From Candidatus Eiseniibacteriota bacterium (GTDB taxonomy: Bacteria; Eisenbacteria; RBG-16-71-46): DNA of 64,000 bases. Position numbers and translations under genes: made by a program. The stretch covers positions 1-64,000 of the forward strand of contig JANMQY010000144.1 in assembly GCA_031370785.1 (NCBI GenBank), in the 5' to 3' direction. The notes below the pieces were generated by a model, which was not told the DNA's origin, did not search any database, and was given only the letters and a program-made list of their open reading frames with translations. Of this stretch, positions 47,277-58,152 are shown piece by piece. The stretch's first letter is position 1; the number at the start of each line of letters is the position of its first letter.

Positions 47277-49868
47277 ATGCGTCTCGCGACTCGGATCCGC
47301 TGGTCGCTTCTCGCGGCAATCGCGCTCGCCGGCACACTCTCCATGCCGGGGGCGGTGCATGCCGACCTCACTCCCGCCCAGGAGGCGAGGGCGCGCAGTT
47401 TCGCCGCACTCCTCAAGCAACAGCAGAAGCGCCAGCTCCTCAGCGAATTCGCGCGCTCGCGACACGAGCGGCGCGAGCGCATCGAGGCGAAGCGCGCGGC
47501 ACGCCGCGGTCGACGCATGAAGCCGGCGTCCGGCGAAGGCGTGCTCGAGCCGGCCGCGGCGGCTTCCGCGCTGCGCCATCTGCCGTTCCCGACGCGCGCG
47601 GACGGTGTGGCGTTCCCGCCCGCCAACGTGCGCGTCAACAGTCCGGACAGCGAAGGGGTCGGCATCGGGCAGGCCGAGGTCTCGATCGCCGCGATCGGGC
47701 AGTACGTGGTGGCCGGCTACAACGACGGGCAGGGCTACGTGACCCTCAGCAGCACGCAGGGCATTTCTTATTCCACGAATGGCGGCCTCAACTGGACCGA
47801 CTTCGGCCCGCCGCCGATCCTTGCGAACTGGACCTGGACCAGCGACCCGGTGGTGATGGCCGACGAGAAGAAGAATGCGTTCTACTTCTGCGCGCTGGTC
47901 GACATCGGCACCACCTCGAACGGGATCGCGATGGTGAAGCTCACCTTCTCCGGCGTGGTTCCCACCTGGGGAACCCCGGTGCTCATCGTCTCCGGGACCA
48001 ACTCCACGGTGACGTTCGACAAGCAGTGGATGGCCGCCGACTCTCTGAACGGCAACATCTATGTCTCCTACACCAAGTTCACCTCCACCAACGGCTCCGA
48101 GATCTGGTTGATGCGCACGGCCAATGAGGGCGGGACGTGGGTGGGCCCGAACAAGCTTTCCGCGACCGCCGATAACGGACTGGTACAGGGCTCGCGTGTC
48201 GTGGTCGGCCCGGCCGGCGAGTTGTACGTGGCCTGGTACGCGATCGGCCTCGTGGACGTGGATTTCTACAAGATCCGCAAGTCGACCAATGCCGGCCTGC
48301 TCTTCGGCGCCTCGTTCACCGCGGCCTCGGTCTATCACGCGTTCGCGAACGGCGCGCCGGGATTCAACCGCGGAAACGCGGTGGACTTTCCGAGTCTGGC
48401 GGTAGATCGCAGCACCGGCGTGCATCGCGGCCGCCTGTACATGTCATGGCACGAGAGCGTGAACTACTACGGCGATGGCGCGTATTTCGACAAGGACTCG
48501 CTGGGCAACGCGATCGGGCCCAAGAGCGAAGTCGAGGGCAACAACACTCCCGCGGCCGCGACGCCCTTCCAGCTCGGTCAGACCCTGCGCGGAACCTTCA
48601 GCGCGGCAGGCGATCAGGACTGGTTCTCGTTCGGCGGCAAGCGTGGCCAGACCGTGGTCGCGATCGTGGACTCGCTCAACAGCTCGATCGACAACTTCTT
48701 CCGCCTGATCTGCAGCGACGGCGTCACCCGGCTGACGCTCTCCGCCCCCGGAGTCGGAGTCGGCTACGGCGGACAGCTCGTGTTCACCCTGCCGGCCGAC
48801 GGCACCTACTACCTGCGTCCGTTCTCGAACGCCGGCACCGGCGGTTACCGGATCAGCACCGCCGTGCATCGCAACACACCGGCTCGCTCGCGCGACCATC
48901 GCGACGTGTTCGTGACGTTCTCCGACAACGGCACCGCCTGGAGCACGCCGGTGCTGGTCAACAACGATCCGGGCTGGTTCGACAACTGGCTGCCCGAGCT
49001 GGCGGTCGCGGGCGGCTCGATCCCGGCATACGCAGGGCAGGTGTACGTCGGCTGGTTCGACTGGCGCGACGCGCCGGCGTCCAACTGCGGCGGCGTCTCG
49101 AACCTCTACATGTCCCGCTCGGGCGATGGCGGCGGCTCGTGGAACTCGCTCGGCTCGATCTCGGACGCTCAGAGTTTCTGGACCTCGGTGACGAGCAACA
49201 TCGCCCCGAACCAGGGCGACTACCTCGGACTGTTCGCGAACGGCACGGCGGTGTGGCCGGCGTGGGCCGACGGGCGCATGGGCACACCGGACATTTTCAC
49301 GGTGCGTCTCGATCTCGGCGTGACCCCTACCGAAGTCGCGCTGGTCACCGCCGATGCGACCGCCGATCGCGTTTCGCTCGTCTGGTACGAAGCCGGCGAT
49401 CGTCTTCCGGCGACGGTCTACCGTCGCCTCGCAGGTGGCGACTGGAGCGCGCTCGCCACGATTGATCCGGACGGCATGGGGTACGTGCGCTACGAGGATC
49501 GCGCGATCGTGCCCGGCGCCTCGTATGAGTATCGGCTCGGCATCATGGAAAACGGGATGCCGCGCTATGTGGGCGAGGTCTCGGTGAGCGTCCCACTCGG
49601 CGCGCGCTTCGCGCTGGGCGGCGTGCATCCCAATCCGACCGCGCGCGAGTTGCAGGTTTCCTTCTCGCTGCCGGACGCCACGCCCGCCACGCTCGCGCTG
49701 GTGGACATCAGCGGGCGCCTGGTGCGCACTCGCGAAGTCGGTTCGCTCGGCGTCGGTCCGCACGTGGTGGATCTCGGAGCAGGCGATCGGCTGCCAGCCG
49801 GGATCTACATGGTGCGCCTGATGAGGGCGGGCCAGACCCTGACCACGAGGGTCAGTGTGATCCGCTAG
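47277..49868 (+). CDS. Secreted BNR/Asp-box beta-propeller protein with inserted PPC domain and T9SS-CTD-like C-terminus
   Basis: Signal peptide; STNGGLNW, SGDGGGSW; EVEGNNT..GDQDWF PPC; HPNP...DISGRLV...LPAGIYMVRL. Confidence 0.82.
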   Translation: MRLATRIRWSLLAAIALAGTLSMPGAVHADLTPAQEARARSFAALLKQQQKRQLLSEFARSRHERRERIEAKRAARRGRRMKPASGEGVLEPAAAASALRHLPFPTRADGVAFPPANVRVNSPDSEGVGIGQAEVSIAAIGQYVVAGYNDGQGYVTLSSTQGISYSTNGGLNWTDFGPPPILANWTWTSDPVVMADEKKNAFYFCALVDIGTTSNGIAMVKLTFSGVVPTWGTPVLIVSGTNSTVTFDKQWMAADSLNGNIYVSYTKFTSTNGSEIWLMRTANEGGTWVGPNKLSATADNGLVQGSRVVVGPAGELYVAWYAIGLVDVDFYKIRKSTNAGLLFGASFTAASVYHAFANGAPGFNRGNAVDFPSLAVDRSTGVHRGRLYMSWHESVNYYGDGAYFDKDSLGNAIGPKSEVEGNNTPAAATPFQLGQTLRGTFSAAGDQDWFSFGGKRGQTVVAIVDSLNSSIDNFFRLICSDGVTRLTLSAPGVGVGYGGQLVFTLPADGTYYLRPFSNAGTGGYRISTAVHRNTPARSRDHRDVFVTFSDNGTAWSTPVLVNNDPGWFDNWLPELAVAGGSIPAYAGQVYVGWFDWRDAPASNCGGVSNLYMSRSGDGGGSWNSLGSISDAQSFWTSVTSNIAPNQGDYLGLFANGTAVWPAWADGRMGTPDIFTVRLDLGVTPTEVALVTADATADRVSLVWYEAGDRLPATVYRRLAGGDWSALATIDPDGMGYVRYEDRAIVPGASYEYRLGIMENGMPRYVGEVSVSVPLGARFALGGVHPNPTARELQVSFSLPDATPATLALVDISGRLVRTREVGSLGVGPHVVDLGAGDRLPAGIYMVRLMRAGQTLTTRVSVIR

Positions 49869-50263
49869 CGCCGCGCCTGGCCCGCGCGGATGGCGCGCTC
49901 CCTGGCTCCACTCTGCGCCGATCGGCTCCCCGCCGATCGGCGCAGGCGTTTCGCCCCACAAGCGGGGCGGAATGACTCGGGTTGATCCAGTCTGTCCCAC
50001 TGCCTCCCGCCGACGTTTCGCGTCAGCCCGCTTCTTGGCCGGAGGGGTAAGGCGCGGGCCGGCAGCGCAACCGGCCTGCGGCCATCGCGTTCTGGCGGAA
50101 GAGGATGGCAAAGCACAGTTTCCGGCTAGCCGGCCCCTTCCCGGAAAACTGCGCAGAGGCCCCGGTTCTGTCACAGGTTCCCGGGTGGCCCCGTCGTTGC
50201 GTCTCTCCCAAGCATTCCCCCTCATCCGCCGCGCTCATCCCGACACGACTTCTGGAGGATGGC

Positions 50264-52930
50264 ATGCCACCGAAGAACCTCGCCGGTCGCCTCGCCGCGG
50301 CGCTCTGCGCTCAGATCCCGGCGCTTGCTCTTGGATTGCTGCTGGTCGCGCCCGCCTGGGCGATCGACCAACTCCCCGCCGACGCCGATCAGGCCTCTCG
50401 CATGCGCGCGATCAAGCAGGTGCAGCGGCAGATGCTGTCCGAGGGGCCGCTGCGGCACATGCGCGCCGCACGCGAATACCGTCAGTGGCTGAAGACGTCG
50501 AAGCGGCACCCGGGCCGGAAGGGCCTCCGCTCGCGCCCGGCCTCCGAAGAGGAAGAGGGCTCGAACCCCTCCGACATGGCTCCTGGGGTCACCGCGCGCT
50601 CCCCGCGCCTCGGCATCGCATCGACGCTGAGCGTGCCTGCGAATGTCCGGGTCAACGACCCGACGAGTGACGGCTCTGGCAACGGCCAGTCCGAGCAGTC
50701 GGTCGCGAGCCGGGGCCAGTACGTGCTCGTCGCCTGGAACGACGGGCTCGGCTTCGTTCCCGCCTCCGGCATGGACAGCCAGGGCTTTGGTTACTCGACC
50801 GACGGCGGCGCCACGTTCGTGGACGGCGGCTACCCGCCGCATCCGACCAGCACCAAGTGGACGAGCGACCCGATCGTCACCGTGAACGAGAAGACCGGCG
50901 AGTTCTACTACTGCGGACTGCTCAGCAACGCCGGCGCCAACCTCGCGGGGATTGGCGTGGTTCGCGCGACGTTCTCGGGATCGACGCTGACCTGGGATAC
51001 GCCGCACGTGGTGCGCACCGTGCCTGCCACCAACAATTTTCTCGACAAGCAGTGGATGGTCGCGGATTCGCTCACCGGGAATCTCTATCTGAGCTACACC
51101 AAGTTCGACGCCTCCGACTCGATCATGTTTCAGCGCTCGACCGATCAGGGAGTGACCTGGGGACCGGTGCTGCAGCTGAGCTCGAACGCGGCGGCGGGCG
51201 CCGTGCAGGGATCCCGCCCGGTCGTTGGCCCCAACGGCGAGGTGTATGTCGTGTGGTCGGAGCTGGGCCCGGTCGACGTCGACTACTTCCGCATCCGCCG
51301 CTCCGTGAACCAGGGCGTGACCTTCACCCCCGAGGCCACGGTGTCCGCGGTGTATGGCAACTTTGGAACGGGTGCGCCCGGATTCAACCGGGAGCGCGGC
51401 ATCACCTTCCCCGCGATCGCGGTGGACCGCACGGCGGGCCCGAATCGCGGGCGCCTCTACGCGACCTGGAATGAGTCGGTGAACTGGTACGACGACGCGC
51501 TCGGCACGGCCGGCAGCAAGGTCGAGGTCGAGCCCAACAACAACACCACCAGCGCCACGGCGACGGTGTTCACTCCCGGCCAGCAGCTACGAGGCGCGTT
51601 CTCAGCCTCGACCGATCCGGACTATTTCCAGTTCGACGCCACCGCGGGCACCACCTACATCTTCTGGTGCGACTCGATTCCGAAGCCGCTCTACACCATG
51701 CGCGTGCTGTGCAGCGACGGCGCCACGCGACTCGCCTATGCCGGCGACGTCAACTCACCGCCGGGCGGCAACGCCTTCATCGTGTGGACCGCGCCCACCA
51801 CCGCGGCGTATTTCCTGCGCATGACCATGCTGTCGGGCTCGGGTTCGCTGACCGGCGGCTATCACATCCTGACTGGCGTGGATGCGCCGAGCGCGGGCGA
51901 GTGGAGCCGCGACGGGCGCGACGTGATGGTCAGGTACTCGGACAACGGCACGGTATGGTCCGCTCCGATCCGCGCCAACGACGACGCCGGGCTGTACGAC
52001 AACTGGCTCCCCGAAGTGGCGGTGGCAGGCGACGGGTGCCCGTATGTGACCTGGCTCGACTGGCGGGACGCGCTGGCCGATTGCGGCGGCAGCTCTCACA
52101 CCTACCTCTCGCGCTCGACCGACGGAGGCGCAACCTGGGCGGCGAACCAGCGGGTGAGCGACGTCACCACCCAGTGGAGCGTGGTCTCCAGCAACATCGC
52201 GCCGAACCAGGGCGACTATCAGGCGCTCTACGCGGGCGGGCGGTCGCTGCGCCCGGCGTGGGCAGACGGTCGCCTCGGCACACCTGACGTCTTCACGACC
52301 GCGCTCGACATCGGTCACGACCTCACCTCGTGCCCCAATGACACGACCGTGGACCACGGCACCGTTCTGCCGCTGACCTTCTCATTCGCCAACCGCAACG
52401 GCGTCTTCGCCAACGACTACACCGTGACGCTGAGCGACCTGCGCGGCTGGCTGGGCGGCGCGCCCTCCATCGTCACCGTCCCCGCGGCCAGCGGCCAGAG
52501 CCTCAACTTCAACGTGACCGTCCCCGACAGCGCAGCCTCCGGCAGCAACCAGCTCTGCCTCAACGTCCTGAACGCCAAAGGCACGCTCGCTGCGACCTGC
52601 TGCGTGCACCTCAACGTCAACGGCGGCATCCTGGCCGTCGGCCCCGGTCAGTTCGCATTCGCGCTCCACCAGAGCCGCCCCAACCCGGCAATTGGCCAGA
52701 GCCACCTGAGCTTCACCCTACCGAGCTCGGGACCAGTGCGACTCGAGGTCTACGGTCTCCGCGGAGAGCGCATCCGCACGCTGGTCAACGCCTCGCTCCC
52801 CGCCGGACAGCACAGCACGCTGTGGGACGGCCGCGACGACCACGGCAATCGCGTCGCCGCCGGCACCTACTTCTACCGGTTGCAAGGCTCGGGACGCGTC
52901 GCGACCCAGCGCATGGTGTTCCTGCCGTAA
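50264..52930 (+). CDS. Paralogous BNR/PPC surface protein with C-terminal FlgD-Ig-like domain
   Basis: GGAGG RBS; STDGGATF, STDQGVTW, STDGGATW; EVEPNN; RPNP...RTLV...WDGRDDHGNRVAAGTYFYRL. Confidence 0.85.
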   Translation: MPPKNLAGRLAAALCAQIPALALGLLLVAPAWAIDQLPADADQASRMRAIKQVQRQMLSEGPLRHMRAAREYRQWLKTSKRHPGRKGLRSRPASEEEEGSNPSDMAPGVTARSPRLGIASTLSVPANVRVNDPTSDGSGNGQSEQSVASRGQYVLVAWNDGLGFVPASGMDSQGFGYSTDGGATFVDGGYPPHPTSTKWTSDPIVTVNEKTGEFYYCGLLSNAGANLAGIGVVRATFSGSTLTWDTPHVVRTVPATNNFLDKQWMVADSLTGNLYLSYTKFDASDSIMFQRSTDQGVTWGPVLQLSSNAAAGAVQGSRPVVGPNGEVYVVWSELGPVDVDYFRIRRSVNQGVTFTPEATVSAVYGNFGTGAPGFNRERGITFPAIAVDRTAGPNRGRLYATWNESVNWYDDALGTAGSKVEVEPNNNTTSATATVFTPGQQLRGAFSASTDPDYFQFDATAGTTYIFWCDSIPKPLYTMRVLCSDGATRLAYAGDVNSPPGGNAFIVWTAPTTAAYFLRMTMLSGSGSLTGGYHILTGVDAPSAGEWSRDGRDVMVRYSDNGTVWSAPIRANDDAGLYDNWLPEVAVAGDGCPYVTWLDWRDALADCGGSSHTYLSRSTDGGATWAANQRVSDVTTQWSVVSSNIAPNQGDYQALYAGGRSLRPAWADGRLGTPDVFTTALDIGHDLTSCPNDTTVDHGTVLPLTFSFANRNGVFANDYTVTLSDLRGWLGGAPSIVTVPAASGQSLNFNVTVPDSAASGSNQLCLNVLNAKGTLAATCCVHLNVNGGILAVGPGQFAFALHQSRPNPAIGQSHLSFTLPSSGPVRLEVYGLRGERIRTLVNASLPAGQHSTLWDGRDDHGNRVAAGTYFYRLQGSGRVATQRMVFLP

Positions 52931-52965
52931 AAGAGGCGCCGATACGGCGCAGCATTCATTCACAT

Positions 52966-52997
52966 GACGGACCGGTGTCGCTCGCCGGTCCGTTTTG
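52966..52997 (+). terminator. Intrinsic terminator
   Basis: gacggaccggtg-tcgct-cgccggtccgtt then T-rich tail. Confidence 0.75.
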
Positions 52998-53035
52998 CTT
53001 TCCCGCCTGGCTCCTGCACTGAATCAAAAAAACCA

Positions 53036-53089
53036 TTGACGCGCCAGACGGTATGCAGTTTTATGCACATTGTCGAATAGTTATTCATC
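53036..53089 (+). promoter_or_regulatory. arg operon promoter with tandem ARG boxes
   Basis: TTGACG 53036; cores TGCAGTTTTATGCA (53054-53067) and CGAATAGTTATTCA (53074-53087); upstream A-tract. Confidence 0.8.
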
Positions 53090-53107
53090 GCCTTCGGAGG
53101 GCATTCC

Positions 53108-53584
53108 GTGTCTCGTTCTCGACGTCTCACACTGCTTGCACGGCTATTGTCGGGCGGGCGGTTCGGGAATCAGGAGGAGCTCGCTAGGGCGCTGGGGCGT
53201 GAGGGTGTGCATGTCACTCAGGCGACCCTGTCGCGCGACCTCCGGAGTCTCGGGGTGGGCAAGCGGCCGGACGCGGACGGTCATGCGGCGTACGAGCTTC
53301 CCGGGCCTGCGAGCGAGACGCTGGATCGTGAGCGGCAGCTGCTCGATCTCAAAGCGTTCGTGAACGAGGTGCGGGTCGCGCAGAACCTGGTGGTGGTGCG
53401 CACGCCGCCCGGGCATGCGAATGGCGTGGCACGCGCGATCGACCTGGCCAACTTCGAGAACATCGTGGGCTCGGTGGCCGGCGACGACACGGTGCTGGTG
53501 GTGATGGCGGATCTGGCGGCAGCGAAGCGCATCAAGCGCCATCTCGACGGCGTCGCCAGCCGGACGGCCGGGAGCGCCAAGTGA
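53108..53584 (+). CDS. argR: Arginine repressor
   Basis: [32 protein letters not shown]. Confidence 0.95.
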   Translation: MSRSRRLTLLARLLSGGRFGNQEELARALGREGVHVTQATLSRDLRSLGVGKRPDADGHAAYELPGPASETLDRERQLLDLKAFVNEVRVAQNLVVVRTPPGHANGVARAIDLANFENIVGSVAGDDTVLVVMADLAAAKRIKRHLDGVASRTAGSAK

Positions 53585-54669
53585 CGCCCGCTCAGGCGGC
53601 GCTCGACGATCCCGCGGTCGTCGCTCCGCGGCGCGACCGGGAACGGGCGCGCATCGCCGTGCTCGGCGCCAGCGGTTACGCCGGCCAGGAGTTCGCACGG
53701 CTTTCGCTGGCGCACGACGGGCTCCAGCTCGCGCTGCTGTGCTCGCGCGAACACGCCGGTCAGCCGGCGGGTGTGATCCTGTCCGGGCTCGACCCGAGAG
53801 TGGGCGAGCTGCCTCCGGTCGCCGATCCGTCCGACCTGCCCGCGCTCGCGCGCGACGGCGCGTTCGACACGCTGGTCACCTGCCTGCCGCACGGGGCCTG
53901 GCTCGCGCTCACCGAGCAGCAGCCTTCGCTGGCCGAGCTGCCGATGCGCATCGTGGATTTCTCTTCGGACTTCCGCGACGGAGCCGGAATCGGCGGCGCG
54001 GAGGGCTACACGTACGGCCTCCCCGAGGCGTTTCGCGACTCGATTGCCTCCGCGACCCGGATCGCGAATCCCGGCTGCTATCCAACCGCGGCAACCCTCG
54101 CGCTTTTGCCCGCGCTCGAGTCCGGCTGGCTCGACGATCCGGTGATGGTGAGTGCGCTCTCGGGCGTCAGCGGCGCAGGGCGCGCCGCGCACCTGCGGAC
54201 CTCGTTCGTGGAGCTGGAGGGCGGCGCCGCCCTGTATCGCGCCGGCACCGAACATGCTCACGTCGCGGAGATGGAGCGCACCTTCGAGCGCCTCACCCAC
54301 GCCCCGATGGCGGTCGGCTTCGCGCCGCAGCTCGCCCCGATGGCGCGCGGGATCCTGCTTACCGCGACCGCGCCGCTTGCGGTCGCAGTGAGCCCGGCCG
54401 AAGCGCACGAGGCGTATCGGCGGCGCTACGCGACCGAGCCGTTCGTGCGCGTTCTCGACCGCGGACAGTGGCCCGAGACCCGCGCGGTCCGTTCCAGCAA
54501 TCGCTGCGACGTGGCGGTCACGACACTGCACGGCGGGCGGACCCTGCTCGCGACCGCGGCGCTCGACAACCTGGTCAAGGGCGCCGCAGGTCAGGCGGTC
54601 CAGAATCTGAACCTGCTGCTGGGCTGGCCCGAAGAGTGGGGACTGCCGCGCCACGGGAGCCCGTGGTGA
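53581..54669 (+). CDS. argC: N-acetyl-gamma-glutamyl-phosphate reductase
   Basis: [36 protein letters not shown]. Confidence 0.95.
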   Translation: MTPAQAALDDPAVVAPRRDRERARIAVLGASGYAGQEFARLSLAHDGLQLALLCSREHAGQPAGVILSGLDPRVGELPPVADPSDLPALARDGAFDTLVTCLPHGAWLALTEQQPSLAELPMRIVDFSSDFRDGAGIGGAEGYTYGLPEAFRDSIASATRIANPGCYPTAATLALLPALESGWLDDPVMVSALSGVSGAGRAAHLRTSFVELEGGAALYRAGTEHAHVAEMERTFERLTHAPMAVGFAPQLAPMARGILLTATAPLAVAVSPAEAHEAYRRRYATEPFVRVLDRGQWPETRAVRSSNRCDVAVTTLHGGRTLLATAALDNLVKGAAGQAVQNLNLLLGWPEEWGLPRHGSPW

Positions 54670-55505
54670 CGAACCGGTCACGGCGGATCGTGATCAAGAT
54701 CGGCGGTCGTGCGCTCGAGGCCGGTCGCGCGATTGACGAGCTTGCCGGCGAACTCGCGCTCCTTCCGGGCGAAGTCGTGCTCGTGCACGGCGGCGGCAGC
54801 GAGGTCAGTGCGTGGTGCGAGAGGCTGGGAATCGAGCCGCGCTTCGAGAACGGCCTGCGCGTCACCGACGCCGCCACGCTCGAGGTCGCGGCGGCGGTGC
54901 TCGCCGGGCTCGCCAACAAGCGCCTCGTGGCCGGGCTGCGCGCGCGCGGCGTCGATGCGGTCGGGCTGACCGCGCTCGATGGCGGGATCGTCGAGGCGCG
55001 CCCGCATTCCGCGGCCGCGCGCCTCGGGGAAGTCGGCACGGTCGCTCGAGTCCACCCGGCGCTGCTCGAAACGCTGCTCGGACAGAGCGGCCTCCCGGTG
55101 CTCGCCAGTCTCGGAGCGTTCGAGGGGCGCCTGCTCAACCTCAACGCCGACGATCTCGCCGCCGCCCTGGCTTCGGCGCTGCGTGCGAGCGCTTTGGTTC
55201 TGCTCAGCGACGTGCCCGGCGTCCAGCTCGAAGGGAAGCTGGTGGATCATATCGGCCGGGACGATCTGGACCGCGTGATCGAGGGCCCCGGGGTCACTGG
55301 CGGGATGTTGGCCAAGCTCATCGCTTCCCGCTCCGCGCTCGATGATGGCGTCGCTCGCGTGCACATCGCGGCCTGGCAGGGCGCGGGCACCTTGCGCGAC
55401 ATCATCGCCGGAGCGGGCGTCAGCACGACGCTCGCCACCACGACCCCGAAGGTTGATCGGCTTCACGGCGTCACCGCATCGAGCGGCGTGGGAGACCACG
55501 CGTGA
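54666..55505 (+). CDS. argB: Acetylglutamate kinase
   Basis: VIKIGG, VHGGG, GLRVT, NLNAD, SDVPGV, GGMLAK; GTGA overlap with argC. Confidence 0.94.
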   Translation: MTNRSRRIVIKIGGRALEAGRAIDELAGELALLPGEVVLVHGGGSEVSAWCERLGIEPRFENGLRVTDAATLEVAAAVLAGLANKRLVAGLRARGVDAVGLTALDGGIVEARPHSAAARLGEVGTVARVHPALLETLLGQSGLPVLASLGAFEGRLLNLNADDLAAALASALRASALVLLSDVPGVQLEGKLVDHIGRDDLDRVIEGPGVTGGMLAKLIASRSALDDGVARVHIAAWQGAGTLRDIIAGAGVSTTLATTTPKVDRLHGVTASSGVGDHA

Positions 55506-56896
55506 ACGACCCGATGACCACGCCCGAAGCGCCGATCGCATCCGGCACGCCGCCGACCGGGTCGTCCGCGTTGCCGCAGGCCGCGGATTCCGCGTCGTCC
55601 GCGGCTTCCGCTGCGACCGCGGCCGCATCCGCCGAGCGCCTGCCGGGATTCGCCCACGACGAGCTCGGGCGGTTCGCGCCGCTCTATCCGCTGCCGCGCC
55701 TCGAAATCGTGTCGGGGCGTGGGGCGTGGGTGCGCGATGTGACCGGCCTTGAGTATCTCGACTTCGTGAGCGGAATCGCGGTCAACGCACTCGGCCACGC
55801 GCCACCCGGGCTCGCCCGCGCGGTCTCTCGCCAGATGAAATCGCTGGGGCAGATCTCGAACCTGTTCGCGAACCGGCCCGCGATCGAGCTCGCCGAGCGG
55901 CTGCTCGCGCTCACCGGCTACGAACAGGTGTTCTTCTGCAACAGCGGCGCCGAGGGCGTCGAGACCGCGCTCAAGTTCGCCCGCGTGCGGGCGCGTGCGC
56001 TCGGCCTCGGGCCCGGCGGCACCGCACGCGACGTTCTCGCATTCCGGGGCGGCTTTCACGGGCGCACCGCCTTCGCGCTCTCGGCCACCTGGACGCCGTC
56101 GTATCGCGAGCCATTCGAGCCGCTCATGCCCGGCGTGCGCTTCGCCGACTTCAACGATGTCGCCTCGCTCAGTAACGTGCTCGACGAGAACGTCGCGGCG
56201 GTGATCGTGGAGCCGGTGCAGGGCGAAGGCGGGGCGATTCCGGCCCGCCGCGAATTCCTCGAGGCGTTGCGCGCGCGCACCCGGGCGCTCGGCGTCGCGC
56301 TGATCTTCGATGAGGTGCAGTGCGGCATGGGACGCTGCGGTCGCCTGCTCGCAGCCGAGCACTATGGCGTGGCCGCCGACATGACCGTGATGAGCAAGGC
56401 GCTGGGTGGAGGCTTCCCGCTCGCAGCGGTGCTGATGCGCGCCGACACGGCCGCGGCGCTCCAGCCCGGAATGCATGGATGCACGTTCGGCGGCGGCCCC
56501 GTCGCTTCGGTCGCCGCGCGCTTCGTGCTGGAGAAGGTCAGCCGTCCCGCCTTTCTCGCCCGGGTGAGGCGCACCGGGCGTTCCCTTGCCGCCTCGCTCT
56601 CGGACCTGGTCGCGCGCCATCCGTCGCTCAGCGGCGCGCACGGGCTCGGGCTGCTGCAGGCGATCGAGCTTTCGGCCGCCGCGCCGTTCGATGCGCCGGC
56701 TCTGGTGCGCGCGGCGCGCGATCAGGGTCTGCTGCTGGTGCGCGCCGGCGACAGATCGGTGCGGCTGCTGCCACCGCTCAACCTGACCCACGACGAGCTC
56801 GCCGAGGCGATCGCGCGTCTCGAGCGGGCGCTGGCCTCGCTCGAGGCCCGGCCCCGCGAGGGAGAGGGTGCGGGAGAGGGAGTGAGAACCACGTGA
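55502..56896 (+). CDS. argD: Acetylornithine aminotransferase
   Basis: GIAVNALGH, NSGAE, FHGRT, EPVQGEGG, DEVQCGMGR, SKALGGG. Confidence 0.93.
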   Translation: MNDPMTTPEAPIASGTPPTGSSALPQAADSASSAASAATAAASAERLPGFAHDELGRFAPLYPLPRLEIVSGRGAWVRDVTGLEYLDFVSGIAVNALGHAPPGLARAVSRQMKSLGQISNLFANRPAIELAERLLALTGYEQVFFCNSGAEGVETALKFARVRARALGLGPGGTARDVLAFRGGFHGRTAFALSATWTPSYREPFEPLMPGVRFADFNDVASLSNVLDENVAAVIVEPVQGEGGAIPARREFLEALRARTRALGVALIFDEVQCGMGRCGRLLAAEHYGVAADMTVMSKALGGGFPLAAVLMRADTAAALQPGMHGCTFGGGPVASVAARFVLEKVSRPAFLARVRRTGRSLAASLSDLVARHPSLSGAHGLGLLQAIELSAAAPFDAPALVRAARDQGLLLVRAGDRSVRLLPPLNLTHDELAEAIARLERALASLEARPREGEGAGEGVRTT

Positions 56897-58152
56897 AGAA
56901 GGCGAATGTGCGCAAGGCGGTGCTCGCGTACTCGGGCGGGCTCGACACCAGCATCATCGTGCACTGGCTGAAGGAGAACTACGGCTGCGAGGTGGTGTGC
57001 TACTGCAGCGATGTCGGCCAGGGTGCCGAGCTGCATGGCCTCGAGGCCCGCGCGCGCCAGCTCGGCGCCAGCGAAGTGGTGGTCGAAGACCTGCGCGTGC
57101 CGTTCCTGCGCGACTTCGCATTCCCCGCGCTGCGCGCCGGCGCGGTGTACGAAGGTCGCTACCTGCTCGGCACCGCGCTCGCGCGCCCGCTGATCGCCTC
57201 GCGCCAGGTGTGGTGCGCGGAGCGCGTGGCGGCCGATGCGCTCGCCCATGGTTGCACCGGCAAGGGCAACGATCAGGTGCGTTTCGAGCTCACCTATCAG
57301 GCGCTCGCGCCCCAGCTCACGGTGATCGCGCCGTGGCGCGAGTGGGACATCGTCTCGCGCGAGGACGCGATTGTCTACGCCGAGAAGCACAGGATCCCGC
57401 TGACCGTGTCGAAGGGCGATCTCTACTCGCGCGATGCGAACCTGTGGCACCTCTCGCACGAGGGCGGACCGCTCGAAGATCCTGCCGTGCCCGCGCCCGA
57501 AGCCATGTACCGACTCACGCAATCGCCCGAGCAGCAGCCGACGCGGCCCGAAATGGTGACCGTCGGGTTCGAAGCGGGACGCCCGGTCCGGCTCAACGGC
57601 AGCGCGCTCGGAGCAGTCGAGTTGGTGGAGGATCTGAACACACTCGCCGGCCTCCACGGCGTCGGCCGTGCCGACCTGGTCGAGAGCCGCCTCGTGGGCA
57701 TGAAGTCGCGCGGCGTGTACGAGACGCCGGCCGGCACCGTGCTTCACGAGGCGCTCGAGGACCTGTGCCGACTCACCATGCCGCACGACCTGCTGCGCAC
57801 GAGGGCCGAGCTCGCGCCGCGCATGGCCGATCTGATCTACGCCGGCCTGTGGTTCACCCCGCTGCGCCGCGCGCTGCAGGCGTTCGTGGACACCGCGCTC
57901 CAGTCGGCGACCGGGGATGTGACGGTCGAGCTGTTCCACGGCCAGGCGCGCGCAGTGGCGCGCACCAGCAGCCAGTCGCTCTACCGTCCCGACCTCGCCT
58001 CGTTCGACATGACTGGCTACGACGCGAAGCACGCCGAGGGATTCATCAAGCTGTTCGGGTTGCCGCTGGTCGCGGTCGCGCAGCGCGGGCAGAACGCCGG
58101 GGAACCGGTCGATGGCGGCGGTGAGCCGCTCGAGGTGAATCGTGGCCGATGA
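56893..58152 (+). CDS. argG: Argininosuccinate synthase
   Basis: LAYSGGLDTS, HGCTGKGNDQVRFE, SRDANLWHLSHEG, KSRGVYETP. Confidence 0.97.
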   Translation: MKKANVRKAVLAYSGGLDTSIIVHWLKENYGCEVVCYCSDVGQGAELHGLEARARQLGASEVVVEDLRVPFLRDFAFPALRAGAVYEGRYLLGTALARPLIASRQVWCAERVAADALAHGCTGKGNDQVRFELTYQALAPQLTVIAPWREWDIVSREDAIVYAEKHRIPLTVSKGDLYSRDANLWHLSHEGGPLEDPAVPAPEAMYRLTQSPEQQPTRPEMVTVGFEAGRPVRLNGSALGAVELVEDLNTLAGLHGVGRADLVESRLVGMKSRGVYETPAGTVLHEALEDLCRLTMPHDLLRTRAELAPRMADLIYAGLWFTPLRRALQAFVDTALQSATGDVTVELFHGQARAVARTSSQSLYRPDLASFDMTGYDAKHAEGFIKLFGLPLVAVAQRGQNAGEPVDGGGEPLEVNRGR

